A stretch of 64,000 nt of DNA from Podospora anserina. Lineage: Eukaryota. Where the stretch lies: the NCBI GenBank assembly GCA_017654855.1, contig CM030336.1, positions 2,728,001 to 2,792,000 on the forward strand, written 5' to 3'. Made by a program: the position numbers and the translations under genes. This document shows, piece by piece, positions 50,117 to 62,528 of this stretch. Below the pieces are notes generated by a model that was not told where the DNA came from, did not search any database, and saw only the letters and a program-made list of their open reading frames with translations. Position 1 is the stretch's first letter, and each line of letters opens with the position of its first letter.

Positions 50117-53100
50117 CCAGCAAAGGCAGGCCTAGCCGGTGTCGGCATCCCACCATCGCGACCAATAGGATCATCAGTGCCTTGTGCTTTGGGGTTCTCG
50201 GCCTGGACCCTTCCGTACGAGTGTGGTTGCAACCGTCCTGTACCACCACCACCACCCATCCAACACCATTTTACTCGTGATCTCCTCATGGGTCACACAG
50301 CATTCCGAGCTGGGTTATTAAGCATATAGCTGCGTTCGTTTGCCTTGGGGCTTCCGGTCATGCCTATTTCACGCCTGGCCTTTTGTCACTGCCGGTCGCA
50401 CCCGACGTCGGGTCTTGATCAACACGGATCCTCGGATGCGGGTTGCATAGCATCTCTTCAAGCATCAACGGCGTCGGGAATCTTTTCAACGCATATTTCC
50501 TCCTGTCATGCATTTTAGATGTTGTTCACATTTTGCGCCGCGGCGTTTTGTCAATATCCGATTCTGAATGGCCCATGGTACCTGGCCGATCGGACGAGAG
50601 CGATTCTTTGTTCATTGTTCCTCTCTCTTTCATTCCTGTCGTTTTAATGATACCATTTTGCATAGTTTTTTTTTTGCTCTTTGTTCTTTCTTTCACATCA
50701 TGTCAGGTCATATGACAACATGAGGATGGGTTGCATTTTGCGCTGCGTGTTCTCGATATCTCGATTTCTATCTTGTGATTAGATGTCTCAAGTTGCACAT
50801 TATAGAGATAACAATGAGGACTTGTCGGTCGGACCGATATTTGGTGATGGCTTGGAAGGGAAAGGATGATATTATGGTATTGGTCTTGTTGTCTTTTGAC
50901 GGATGGGCAGTTGGGAGGAAGGCTTTGGGATTTGGGGCTTGATAGGTGGTGTTGAGATTCAAGAATGAAGATGGATTGACAACTATTTCACCACAGTTAG
51001 CACCATGTGCTAGATTCCAGGTGATTGTTGCTATGGGACTGTCTCGGACTGCACAGCGCCACAGCACTGCCTACTGGGATATGGGCAGAATTAGTAAATA
51101 TGCAAGCTCGCCTCATATTTTGATTGGACTCAGCTCGCTATGGCAAATTTTTATGAGGCAGTACGTGAGGCAGATCCCGCCAAGTCCATCACCCAGCTTT
51201 GAGAAGCAGGCTCTGTGGGCGGTCATATCATTGGTCGTCTGGGTGACCCCTCATCTGAATTTTGACACCTTTCCGCGAACTCTTCTGGCCAACACACGTC
51301 GTTGATATCGAGCAGAACAACTACTACCTATAACATCATTTAATACTGCATCACCCAATCAACCGCCGTGCACATCATGGACAGCAACTGCGAAAGGTGT
51401 CCCGATCAAGGGCTAGTGTGCTTTGGGGGGCCAGGAAGACATTGTGGTGAGGGCGATGCTCCGTGGAACAAGTCCAGCTATGCTACATCAAGAGGGGACC
51501 ATTGCCTTGCCACTGTCTGAATCTCCCAGGTTGTCTGTGTCTCATTCGGAGGATCATTATGAATGGAAAGACAACATAACGGCCTTGGCGCTGACAAGCC
51601 AGGGTGAAGACACTCCGAAAGTAGCCTACAAAGTTGAGGAGGGAAGTCAGAACGATGAGTCCGATTTTGACGAGGTTGACTACCGCATCCCTATGAAAGG
51701 AAAGGAAAAGTGGAAAGCGGCCGTGACAAGCGAAAGTATGGGGGAAGATTCAGAGCGGACTGTCCCTCAGATAGAGAAACCTTTCTTGAGAAGACCGCAG
51801 AATGTAGACTCCAGGGAGGGGAAGGATAAGTCTGCGTTGTGGAAGTCAGTCACATTGCAAGATCGGGAAGAGGAGAGACGACGTATTTTTTAAAGCATTG
51901 CTCGACGGAATAGTGAGTCTTTCTGCCATCTTACCCTTGTATTCAAACGCCCCGCGCCGCCCCCCCTCCCCGGTTTCCTTGTCTACCTAGCTAAGTCTCT
52001 ACATACTTATCATTTAAAAAGGATACAAGTATCGCGAACAGAAGGACCGAGAATATCGTGAGGCCTTGAACAAACAACATGTCGATGGCAGTGATCGCAT
52101 TCTTAGGATGGATGAGCTGGTCGCTGAAGGGAATCAGCCATGGAGTACATTCAATATGAGGCATACGTTGAAGGCCACTACTGCCCATGACATTCCGTTA
52201 CAGAGCTCCAAATCGCACCCCGTGGAGAGCCATGACGTCCCCCTCAGCGATCATGATTGGATATCTGGGAAACATCCAGACGATCCAAGGGCTGAAGATC
52301 GTTTGGGTACCAGATGCTTTGACCGGACCGTCACACGCACAGGGCTGCCAAAGTGGATTACATACCATAGTAGCGATCTCGCACCATCGGAAAATTTGTT
52401 TTGGAAGATAACAACAAATCAGATGGGCCCAAAATTCAGAGGTTCGGATCCGTTAAAGCTACTACCCTTCTGAGAAACTCTGGTCCGTCAGGACTTATGG
52501 ACACCAGCCCGACTCAGCATCTGAAGCCAAAGCCTTAGTAGCATCTGAAAAAATTCAAGCGCCGGAAGATGTGGATGTGAAGCTTGCACCCTTGAAGGAC
52601 GACACTGCCATGGGTTCCGTACCTGATTTAGGATATGGATTGCCCAGGGAATTGTCTATTAGGCCCCAAAACGAGTCAAAGACGGACGATGGCAATATAC
52701 AGGAAGATCAGTCTGATAATCAGACAGTTTATTCGGACGATGGCAGCATTGATGGTGACATCCTCAATGTCTGCAAGACTGAGCTGGCCGATTCCCTTGC
52801 CAATCATATCCGCCAGCTGGAGGTAGGACCGGAAGGCTATGCCAACATCACCAGGAAGCTACCCCCGTTGCTCAAAGCCTTCGCCTTGAGAGTAGGAATC
52901 CAGGCTCATCGCGGATGCCGAGGGATGCTATGTTCTTTGTGCACAAGTATCGCGAGTAAGTTAACGTCCAATTGAGGTGCAATTTGGAGCATATGAGCAG
53001 ATCGCTAATCCTCAGCAGCGATATATCTGAGCTGTGCCGATGTTCGTTGACAACATCTACTGACGATAGACTGTCAGCGAAGCCGGCATCAGAATATAAT

Positions 53101-53474
53101 GGGACTAGCACTGAAGCCCTGGGATCACGGATCATAAACTGGATTCAACATGATGAAGACAGTGACAGCACTGGACTCGAGCAGCAACCTTCCAAAGAGA
53201 CACCAGATGAACTACCAGTTGAAGTTGAAGCCGACGGAATTAACTTCCTGCCGGACGACCACCAATATCAAGAAGCGTTATTTGAGTCTCCATCTTATCA
53301 ATGGCTTCTATCCAGCCTTGTTCGAGACAACACTGTGTCCTGCCACGCCATGAACGCTATCAGATCCAACATCCTGGCACAGCGTCCCCGTACGCGACAA
53401 GTGAGTCGTCGTATTCCCTCTGAGGTCCATTCTGTATGTTTTAAGACCGGGCTGGATTCGGTTGGGTTTGTAAG

Positions 53475-53668
53475 TGTAGGGCGGTGGCCAAGTGTAGTCA
53501 CTGCCCACAAAAGAGAGGCTAAAAGGCAGAGAAATTGGTTGACAAATTGATATTACAGTTGGTTGTTGTTAGTTGGTCCGAGTAAAAGTAAACAGTAAGC
53601 CAAATCCAGCCTTAAGAGCAAAAAGGTGTGGGTCTGGTGAAAAGCAGGCCCTTTGTAGGTGCCCCACA
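53475..53668. mobile_element. 194-bp solo LTR
   Basis: TGTAGGGC...GCCCCACA termini (7/8 inverted match) and 5-bp TSD GTAAG/ATAAG. Removing it restores the host reading frame. Confidence 0.85.
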
Positions 53669-55065
53669 ATAAGACATCAGCATGCAGACCAGACACACAA
53701 GTCATTAGGCTGGCACATGCCCGACGTGATTACTCTGACGGGGTCCGAACAAAATGCGCAAGGACTCACTTGTGCTGAATATATATGTCAGACATAGCCT
53801 GTCACCGGTGCATATGTTTTGCGTATTTTGGATGTATTCGGTGATGGAATGGACTGTAGTGATTCAGATAGGAAATTAGGTAAGACACCCTCTAAGCTAT
53901 CGCACAGGTACCTACATGTATATATGCGAGACACTAATACTGTTAGTAACATTGCCCGACCGGTCCTTTATAACGGCTTTGGTGACGTCGTCCGACGGGC
54001 TGGTTAAGGCTGTAGGCACAGCTGCCTTTCTCTGCGAGGTTGGAGTAATCTTTGGTTTGGCTATGTGCTGCTTTTCGGACATGTCCAACAGAAGGCCAAA
54101 TCGCTTCGGGCACGTCACAAATCAACAAGGTTATCGAATTGCATTCGAAAGTACTTTGTTTCGAAACGAGCGGCGTGATTGGAATGGCGTGGCGGAAAGA
54201 AGATTCAAAGCCAGGACAGTGCTGGCACAGCTTGTTTGGCAACCCTATTGTCGTCGAAGGGTATCCAATGTCACAACGCCCAAAAGGCAATACCGGAATC
54301 GAAATACCACTTCATATGGCGGCCGCATTTATAGCAGCTCTAAGGCTGCACCGTTTTCTGGGACACTACTATCTCAAAGGCTTCTCCGCAATACTCATTG
54401 CTGTGGAGGTTGTGGGAAATGTTGTCCTGTGGCATCATTGGTACAACCCTACCGGGGAGAGAATCTCGTATCTAGACGCTGCTACGGCGGAAGGCAAGAT
54501 TGAGATAAGCTTGGAAGACTTGCGTTCTCGAAGACACGTCGGCTGGTGTTCTGAGGCACTGTGTATGGCTGGTAAGTACATAAGGTTGTCAGGAACAGGG
54601 CCCCTGTTAACTTGTTTCTTCTCCAGGAGACAAAAGTGCTAAGTATCAGATTGGAAGCTCCAGGCTACCTTGTCCGAGCCGCGAGTTCTCTCTCGAGAAG
54701 GTGTCATTTTCAGTGGGACAGACTGTGACTGGTGGATGTCAATTTAGCATTGGCAAGAAATATGTCCCTCTCCACATAACTAAACAGGGTTATATTGCCA
54801 AGCTAAGGCGGATAGATCAGAAATATGTTGTCATGTGGGATGAAGAGGACAAACGGGGCTGGCTTGTTAAAGGAACCAGGGCCTTGCTGCACTTAGTCAG
54901 AGCGTCACTAGAGCATTGTCGTGATGATAAGTTCAGCTCTGAGTTCCTCTACGACTTCAACGCCTTTGAAGAACCGAATACACGATTTTAAAGGGACTCA
55001 TCTGTCCAAGCTCTTCTCAATTCGACTAACAGAAAGCTTCATATCTGCTGTGAGGAAAGAATACA

Positions 55066-55615
55066 TGAGAAGACGCCTACAAGGCCCCCCTTTTCACTAG
55101 ACCCACACCTGGTGTTTGCTCTTGGGGCGTATTTCTGTTGGTTTTCCACACTCTGTAATTTTAACCTTGAAATGTGACAAGGGCTGTAATATCAGGGCTT
55201 GGAACTCATGGTTCAATTCAGGCTAATAATCTTCAATGGCCTCGAAGAGCGTGATGACCAAGAAGAAGGTCTAGGAATACAAACAGATCTCAAAGACGCG
55301 TATTTATCCATCGTCAGGTGGTCCGTGCCCAGTGGCCTCAGGCCGCTGCCAAGTCCTTCAATATCTCGGGTTGACCAATATCATTTCCTTAATAACCGCG
55401 AAGCCTGTGATTGTCTGCCTCACTTTGACCACTGGCTCACAGCGTGCAGTTACCCCTCCTTGCGGTGGTATCGACAGTGTTGTTGGCCGTGTTCACGGTG
55501 GTTGGTTCGTTGACGTGTGACATGAAAACTCAATAATACTGTTTGTTGATCAATTTCCACCTGCTTCCTGGGCCTCATTTCGCGGTCAGCGACCTTCCTA
55601 AGCCGCTGTCCTACA
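55066..55615. mobile_element. About 550-bp LTR-like insertion related to 53475-53668, in opposite orientation
   Basis: TG...CA ends. The first about 60 bp align with the reverse complement of the other LTR's end (CCTACAAGG..CTTTTCAC.AGACCCACACCT..TTTGCTCTT), and CTGTAATATCA is also shared. The host gene resumes immediately after 55615. Confidence 0.7.
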
Positions 55616-56619
55616 TTTTCTGGGAGCCTCTTTGGCAGACCTGGAGGAGATTATTGTCAACAGACCGGAGGCAAAGGTCGAGATTCTGGACAGGCTCTTC
55701 AAGTCTGAGAACGTCGATCCACAAACATTCCCACGTGGCGGAATCATATTCAGCCTCCCAGCGAAACTAAGGCGGGGCCACGGAGAGGATCTAACAAGCC
55801 CCCCCGGTCAGGCCATAGCCTCGACATGCTCGACAAGGACCGATGATCAAGGTCCCACTCCCTGTCCAACAATTGCCAACAGTTCAAGTGCCACCGGCCC
55901 CTCAGACAACACTGTGGATACCGACGCATCAAGCCAGAACACGTCGGCAACACCGCCGGGAATATCTCGCACAGTACCCTATTCAACCAATGCTCAGGTA
56001 TCAACCCCAACAACCGAAAACACCTCCATCTCTGAGGACAACGGAGCAGGCCTTAGTTTTGGGGTTGGACTCTTCACAAAACCGACGAAACGACCGGTAG
56101 ATGGCAATGATTCGCAGTACGAAGACGGCGCTACGAAAGGCAGCAAGAGGATGAAGCTTTTGAATCTGGTCTCGAGAGGTTCTTACAGTTCTGATACATC
56201 ATGGGCACAGGTTCTGGGAACTCAATGGTAGTGGTCCCCCGAATGTCAGGTTCTTTAATCTAGGTACCTACCCTTTCTCTGATGAGTAAGAGCAGCGCGG
56301 AAATAAACCCAAAGGCAAGCCTGTCGATAATCTATTGACCATCTTTTCCAGGGCGCGCCTCCTTTATGACTGAAGCGACTTGGGTTTAGTCATAAACCCA
56401 AGCGCCGGAAGCCTGCCTGCATAACGACGAAATTGTACGCTGTAGAACCCCGTAATAGGCATTCCCCTCTTTCACTTGAAATTCTGCCGGTGGTGCCAAG
56501 AACCAACCACCCCGGCCTACCTCCGCGCTGTTAACCTCAAAGTCACAACTGTTCCCCTTGTTCGTCGTAATCTGGTGTAGGTGTATCCGGTTGGCAATTC
56601 ACGGCCAAGATAGCGATCA

Positions 56620-58376
56620 ATAATCTCCCCACTGCACAACACAAAACCCATACCTTGAAAGAAACCAGAACCCCATCGGTGTGCTCAAGGCCTTGACCAT
56701 CTCTGCAGAATCTATGAAGAATTCCAGTACTAAAAATTCTCTCGCCCCCAGTTCCATCAATGTCGAGACGGGTAGTTTTCTGGCGTTGCAGTTCGGTTTC
56801 TGCCCACCGACCAAAGGTCTTGCATTGATCGGGGATATCCGCTGTCTAGTACTTAAAACCAAACGGCGATAGTCATGCAAAGAGATGCTGGTGAGATGCT
56901 GGAGATACCTGCCCCCTGGCCCTCCAAAAAGGCGTCCAAAAGATAGGCTTGAACCCCAGCAGGTATAACTTCAGTGGGTGGAATTTGTCACCGTTGAGTT
57001 GGATGTCGTCGGGTGGAACGTCGGGATACCACAGCCCGGCTTTCTTGAGTTGTCGGGCCGCCGTGCTTTCAGAGATGTCACTTGTATTCATGCCGACAGC
57101 ACTCTCGTCACTGTTGTCACCACACTTTTTGGTCCTGCCAATGCTGATCAGACGGAAGCCCTATGTGATATACAATTAGCGATGTATCTCCCTGAATGGA
57201 TACTGTAGGAGTTGACTTACATCAAAGCCGAATCTGACCCCCTTCATTGGATATGATGACGTCAAGCGCTTTGTTATGAGGCCGTTGTCGGGACAGCCCA
57301 GCCAGCCACCAATCGATGACGAGGGTGCCGGTACATTGTATGGCGTGAATGCCGCCTCTCCCGACTGCAATTCTGAAGCCCGTCAAGTCGTTGAACCCAA
57401 AGTATGTGTGTTGCTGTTTCTCGGCGGGACCCATATAGCCTATGGTGATGGTGTGGCCTGGACTGGTGAGGGCAATGCCGGAGATATAGCTGAAGTCTCC
57501 AACCTCGACAGTCGACACAGAGACCCGCAATATGTAGTCAGAAACGACGATCCTATGATTCAATAGCTCTCGACAGGCAGTTGGCAGTGGATAAAGTAGA
57601 AAGTCGAGAGTTTGCATACTTCCCGCTACCATCGACCAGCGTCCATCATCTGGTGCAGGAGTGGCATTCCATGGCGGCACTGAACTGCCCACAGCCACCT
57701 GACTGTTGGCTTTGATAAGGTCAGCAACCTTCTGAACAGCTTGCAAGATGTGATTCCTGCTATGAAGCGCATTCTTAGTGTCCTGATCGTTCCGTCGAAA
57801 GTCCGTGTTGATTGGGTGATAATGGAATGGAGGCGGACCACCTTCCTGCGACTCAATATTAATCTCCCAAGGAAAGTACTCTGCTGAATTTACCCCATAG
57901 CCGTAGCCCCAGTCCAATTTCTTTACCCGAATCACCAGGGTGAGTGAATCGAAAATCTGGAAAGTTGTACCGAGAGGGATAGGCTTGGGCCAGAAGGCTT
58001 CCTCCAGCAGCGTCCAGCAGACATTGTGGAAAGCAAATCCACGTCTGTTCTCAAAAGGCTGATGACGATCGAAGGAAAACATGTCGTCATCGGACTTATC
58101 GTAGCCTCCATCGTCGTATCTCGCGCCTGGGTTCTGAGGAGCAATGAAGGATCCGAAGTGGGCCTCATCACCATTTTAGACGCCAATTCCAGTCAACGTG
58201 GTCTGTCCATTGGCGACATCCATCCACACTAGCAAGTAGCAGCATGTTAGCATGGCCAGGTACATTGAAATGTGTCACATACATCCGCGAACTTGGTTGA
58301 ACCAAAATGCAACTTCCTCGGTTAGACCGTCAATGTCCCATCCACAGATGGGGCAAGCCCAAATGATTGGGATCAT
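56620..58376 (-). pseudogene. DUF7600-type (F-box-associated) protein pseudogene
   Basis: Exon 1 MIPIIWACPICGW, intron 58282-58229, in-frame TAA at 58176-58178. Later blocks GFAFHNVCW, GFRIAVGRGGIHAIQ, WLGCP and AGLWYPDVP lie in shifting frames. The 3' end is approximate. Confidence 0.7.
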
Positions 58377-58633
58377 GATGTTGAGTTGAGCCCGTTTGTG
58401 CGGTGGGGATGCGGAGGAGGAAGATGAAAAGGTGAAAAAAAGAAAAGGTTAATATGCTGGGCAGTGCTTTTGTCAGCAATCAGCAGTCCATCACAAGTCC
58501 AGAGCCCGAATCGCGTTTTAGCTTTTCCCCAACCCAACGCCTATCGGGTTGGTACGGTACCCAAAACAGACTTCCTCCTCTTTCCCACCACAGGCTTTGG
58601 CCAAACGCAACCCATCAACGTGGCATCTTCGAC

Positions 58634-59375
58634 ATGGGCACCTTCCGCGATCGATTGCGGTGCCTGCGCATGCGCTCTAGGCAAGACGAGATCTGTGAGC
58701 TTATGAAAAATAATTCCGATCCCGAGGCTCGCTACAGGAGAGACTTAAGACTGCTGGCCAAGCTGAATGCAAGACGCGATGCCACAAACCCCGACCCCGA
58801 CCACCCCGTCAAGATCGAGGACAAGCAAGTCGACCCCAAGACGCAAGGCACCACCGACGAGAAGCCGCCCGCATCCAAACCGGATACCCCCCCTCCCCAA
58901 GCCCGCCCCGGAGCAGGAGATCAAGCCCCCCTCACCCACCGAACAACCAAACGCCTACACCCTGACCACAACCGAAGCTCAAACCATCATCGACTGGCAT
59001 CGCGAGTCCCAGGCCCTCTACGACACCCTCAAGCGAGAGAAAGACAACCTCCAGGCGCAACACAAAAAGCTACAAGAGGCCCACGACAATTTGGCGAGAG
59101 AGGTCAGCTCGCTAAACATGGATTTGACCAGGGCAAAGTTCATGTGTGGTTGGTATGAGCGCTTGAAGTTTACGCTTGAGGGAAAAGTCGCAGATTCACA
59201 AAACGAGATTGACAAGATCTGGGCTGAGCTCGAGAAGGCAGTCGAGAGGAATACCACGTATCAAGAAGAGGTAGCCAAGCTGAAGGCGGAGGTGGATAAG
59301 CATCGGTTGTCCGGCGGGGATGGATTTGGAGACGTATTTGACAAAGAGAGGGAGGCATTGTACAGGATTGAGTAA
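58634..59375 (+). CDS. Orphan coiled-coil protein with an apparent 1-nt frameshift at C7 run 58887-58893
   Basis: The MGTFRDRL frame reads to a Pro-rich linker, then the coiled-coil body continues in the +1 frame. Paralogue of 4604-5068. Confidence 0.55.
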
Positions 59376-60011
59376 AGGAGCTTGGAGGTGGGTTCTCCAG
59401 GGGTTCTGGCAGGGCGGTGGGGTGATGAAGGGCGGAGAGGACGAAGGTCATGCCACCACACTGGGGAAGTTCAACAGCAAGGTGTCGATTGTTTGTTGGG
59501 TGATGGGTGATGCGGAGCGAAAAGGGTTATGACTGTAGGGTCTGTGGTGGGTGGAGATGGGGAGTTTGAGAATATTCACCTGGCTCAATCCATCTCACCA
59601 AAAACAGGAGCAATGGTTTTGTTGGACAAAGGGGCAGCATAGACAAAAGAGATTGCGAGCAGTCACCATCCTGGATTCACTCAAGCAATGCCCACTTATA
59701 TAGCCGCGGTTGATCCGCAGATATACCATTGCAGCACTCGTGACTTGATGAGGCTCCAGGTTTTGAGATTCAATGCGATCGTGATTGGGACAGTGACTCA
59801 GTGAAGTGAATGGGGACATGAGACGAGGCTCACTAAATACGGGGCTCCTGGAGGGTTGCTCCTTGAGATGGCCCTGGTCTCGATATAAATATTCGACCGC
59901 TTCCACCAAGCACTATTCCTTTCCCTCTCCTCACCTCCACAGCATCAAGGCACCCTTTGAGCTTGCAGACCATCACCCACCACAACCAAACTCTTTCCCA
60001 ACTCCATCATC

Positions 60012-60688
60012 ATGCTCACTAAGACATTCTTCGCCGTCGGCGCTCTCCTCACCCAGCTCGTCCACGGAGCTGCCGAGCCCCCGTTTCCAGCTACTCCGTC
60101 GTCGAAGTCGAGTGGTCTCTCCCAGTCGACCCCGACAAACCCAACGGCGCCCGCGAGTTTGTCACCGGTACCATCGAGGAGGCCATCGCCCAGATGGACG
60201 CCGCTCACCCCGGCTGGAGCCAGACCTTCACCAGCAACATCCAGACCGTGGATCCTCACGCTTTGATGGCCCGTGGCAGCAGCCCCGAGAGCCAGTCTGT
60301 CAACTGCCACTTGGACAGTGGAAAGGGAGCTGCCAACTGTGTCGACATCCGTGATGGCGCCCGTTACCTTGGATCCATCGACAGCCCTGCCCCCAATAAC
60401 TCCCCTCACAGCTGCGGCTGTGTTAGCTGCGCTTACAACTCCGCTATTTGGTGGTGCAATGACGTATGTTTCTATTTTCCTTTTCTATCCCAATCTTCCA
60501 TGCAGATATGCGCTGACTAGTTGTTGTAGAATGACTCCGTCAAGGAAATCACCTGGAAGAACATTGCGAGCAGCGCCTGGTTTCTCCAGGACAACTGCTG
60601 GTACTACGAGGGAAGAACCGAGAAGGTTTCCGCCCAGGAGTTCACGAAGGACAAGTGGAATGTCTATGTGACTGGGGACAGGTGCTAA
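60012..60688 (+). CDS. Small secreted cysteine-rich protein with an apparent 1-nt frameshift near 60080
   Basis: The signal peptide frame shifts to YSVVEVEW...GTIEEAIAQM...CGCVSCAYNSAIWWCND. Intron 60464-60529; last exon ends WNVYVTGDRC*. Confidence 0.7.
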
Positions 60689-61595
60689 GTTGATCAGCAT
60701 TGCGGCAACATGAGGGCTTGTTGATGGAGGCGGAGCAACAGGCGGATGAGCGGCCTGGACTTTGGAGAATAGCGGCCTGGAGTGACTTAGTCAGCAAACA
60801 ATACATCAGCTAGGCTTGTTCCGTACGCTATCTCCCTTTCTGCTTGTGTAGACACTGTGTTGAAATGATGTGATTACGGCATAACTGATGTCTCCCGCCC
60901 GTGCTTGATGGTATGGGATGATATCCAGGTTAGGGTTATTTGAGGTAGAGGACGGTTGACGTGCGAGGCTTGCACTTGACATAGTCAATTCGGCCAATTC
61001 TGGTTGAAATTACGCATGTTGGCAGGGGGAGTCCGGAGGGTTTGTGAGGTATAAGAGGACGTCGTGGGCAGTGTACTCTACCTTCCTCTTTCTTTTCTTC
61101 TTTATCCGACAATTCAATCCTTTACCTGTGACCTACGCCTGTACCCAGCCGTAGGCCCTTAACATTTGACAACCGAAATAAATCGGCGAGCTTCTCTGTG
61201 CCTGAGTCGAAACGCCTTGAGATGAACTGGAAGCTGGGTCATGTGAGACATGAATTGGAAGGCTCAGTCGGCAGTTACTCTCCCTGCTGTTTACACTTGT
61301 TTGTGCCTCAGGAAGGAGTCACCACACCAGAAATGTCAGCACGTTTGGGCTTGCCAAATACATCAACTTGACACTTCACACGTCATCTTCCTGCCACGTG
61401 GGCTGCCAGATTCGCTCAGGCAAGATTGAGCACCGACTCCAGCTTAGGTTGGCTTTCTTCGATCATGAATCATCGATCTTCAACTGGTCATTATTCTCCC
61501 CCAGGCCACGCAACAGAGATACCACCGCTATTTTCATTCTTTCCAGATCAACGGTTTACTTTCCATCATCTTAGCCCAAAGCAAAGTTACGCAAC

Positions 61596-62528
61596 ATGAA
61601 CATGCCGCCACACCGCCGCTACGGAGCCTCCTCGTCAATTTCCATCCTCGAGACCATCCTCGAGACCGATGCACAACAAGAGGAACAAGATAGGGAATCG
61701 TTAGACTGTCCCACTTTGAAAAACTCCCACTCCTCTAACTCCTCCCTCGTGTCCACCAGAGCCGCCTCCCCGTATAACCTCGTCAGCCGCCCCCGCCCCC
61801 GCCGCAGCGCCATCTCCGCTCTCCGACCAGGTGAACCAACCTACACCTCAATCGTGAGCAACTCCAAGAAGGATGAGTCCAGACACGGACTTGGGTACGA
61901 CCGTGAACGAAGCCGCTTTGCCCCATCCCCTTTGACCTTCCCACCAACTCCGAAAAAAGAACCAACATCCAAGATTTTTCCCCTTAACAAACATGTGCCT
62001 TGGGCACCCCCAACCAGATTCTGGCTACCAGGACAGAAGATGAGATGGCACAAACCCCCGCTCGGGAAGCTGATGACACCGGGGCAGTACCGCGCTTGGG
62101 AGAGGACAAAGACTGGGCCGAGGTGTCAGACTTACATGATGTATCTTATGGCATTTAAGCGGAACGTGAAGGGGCTTGTGCCTGCTCCGTATCGGAGATT
62201 GGAGGATGGGAGTGAGGTGCCTGTTGAGTATTGGGGGATGGTTGTGGATCATGGTCATATTGAGGAGGATGGTGGTGTTGAGATTATAACAGGGAGCAAG
62301 GCGGATCATGAGGCTGCGGATGCCAGGGCGGTGCAGGGTTCGAGTAAGGTGGCGTCGCCGACGCAGAACGGCCACGCTGAAACTCCTGGGAGTGAGAGGA
62401 TGATACCTATCAGGGTTGGGTCGTATTCTTTGACCAAGGATGTGAACAGCAAGAAAAGGGACCACAGTGATAGCTCGGGTGATGAGAGAGCGAACAGATC
62501 GAAGAGGAGGTTGGTGGGAGGGGGATGA
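61596..62528 (+). CDS. Hypothetical protein (310 aa, largely disordered, basic C-terminus)
   Basis: Intact ORF with host-type C-to-G skew; NLS-like KKRDH...RSKRR. Confidence 0.65.
   Translation: MNMPPHRRYGASSSISILETILETDAQQEEQDRESLDCPTLKNSHSSNSSLVSTRAASPYNLVSRPRPRRSAISALRPGEPTYTSIVSNSKKDESRHGLGYDRERSRFAPSPLTFPPTPKKEPTSKIFPLNKHVPWAPPTRFWLPGQKMRWHKPPLGKLMTPGQYRAWERTKTGPRCQTYMMYLMAFKRNVKGLVPAPYRRLEDGSEVPVEYWGMVVDHGHIEEDGGVEIITGSKADHEAADARAVQGSSKVASPTQNGHAETPGSERMIPIRVGSYSLTKDVNSKKRDHSDSSGDERANRSKRRLVGGG

Larger units (their letters stand above)
51377..56231 (+). pseudogene. Large pseudogene of an uncharacterised fungal family (homologues often labelled 'Pfs domain protein')
   Basis: Conserved-looking blocks ITLTGS..AQGLTCAEYICQT*P, CWHSLFGNPIVVEGYP..GIEIPL, YLKGFSAIL, VVMWDEEDKRGWLVKGTRALLHLVRASL and LGASLADL. 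Stops (for example TAG 53795-53797), frameshifts and two insertions. The start is approximate. Confidence 0.75.

Noticed and set aside
30776-60688. Starship/Spok-type giant element or NLR-amyloid gene pair
   Set aside because: I recognised no DUF3435 recombinase, Spok gene, element ends, HeLo/gasdermin neighbour or amyloid motif.
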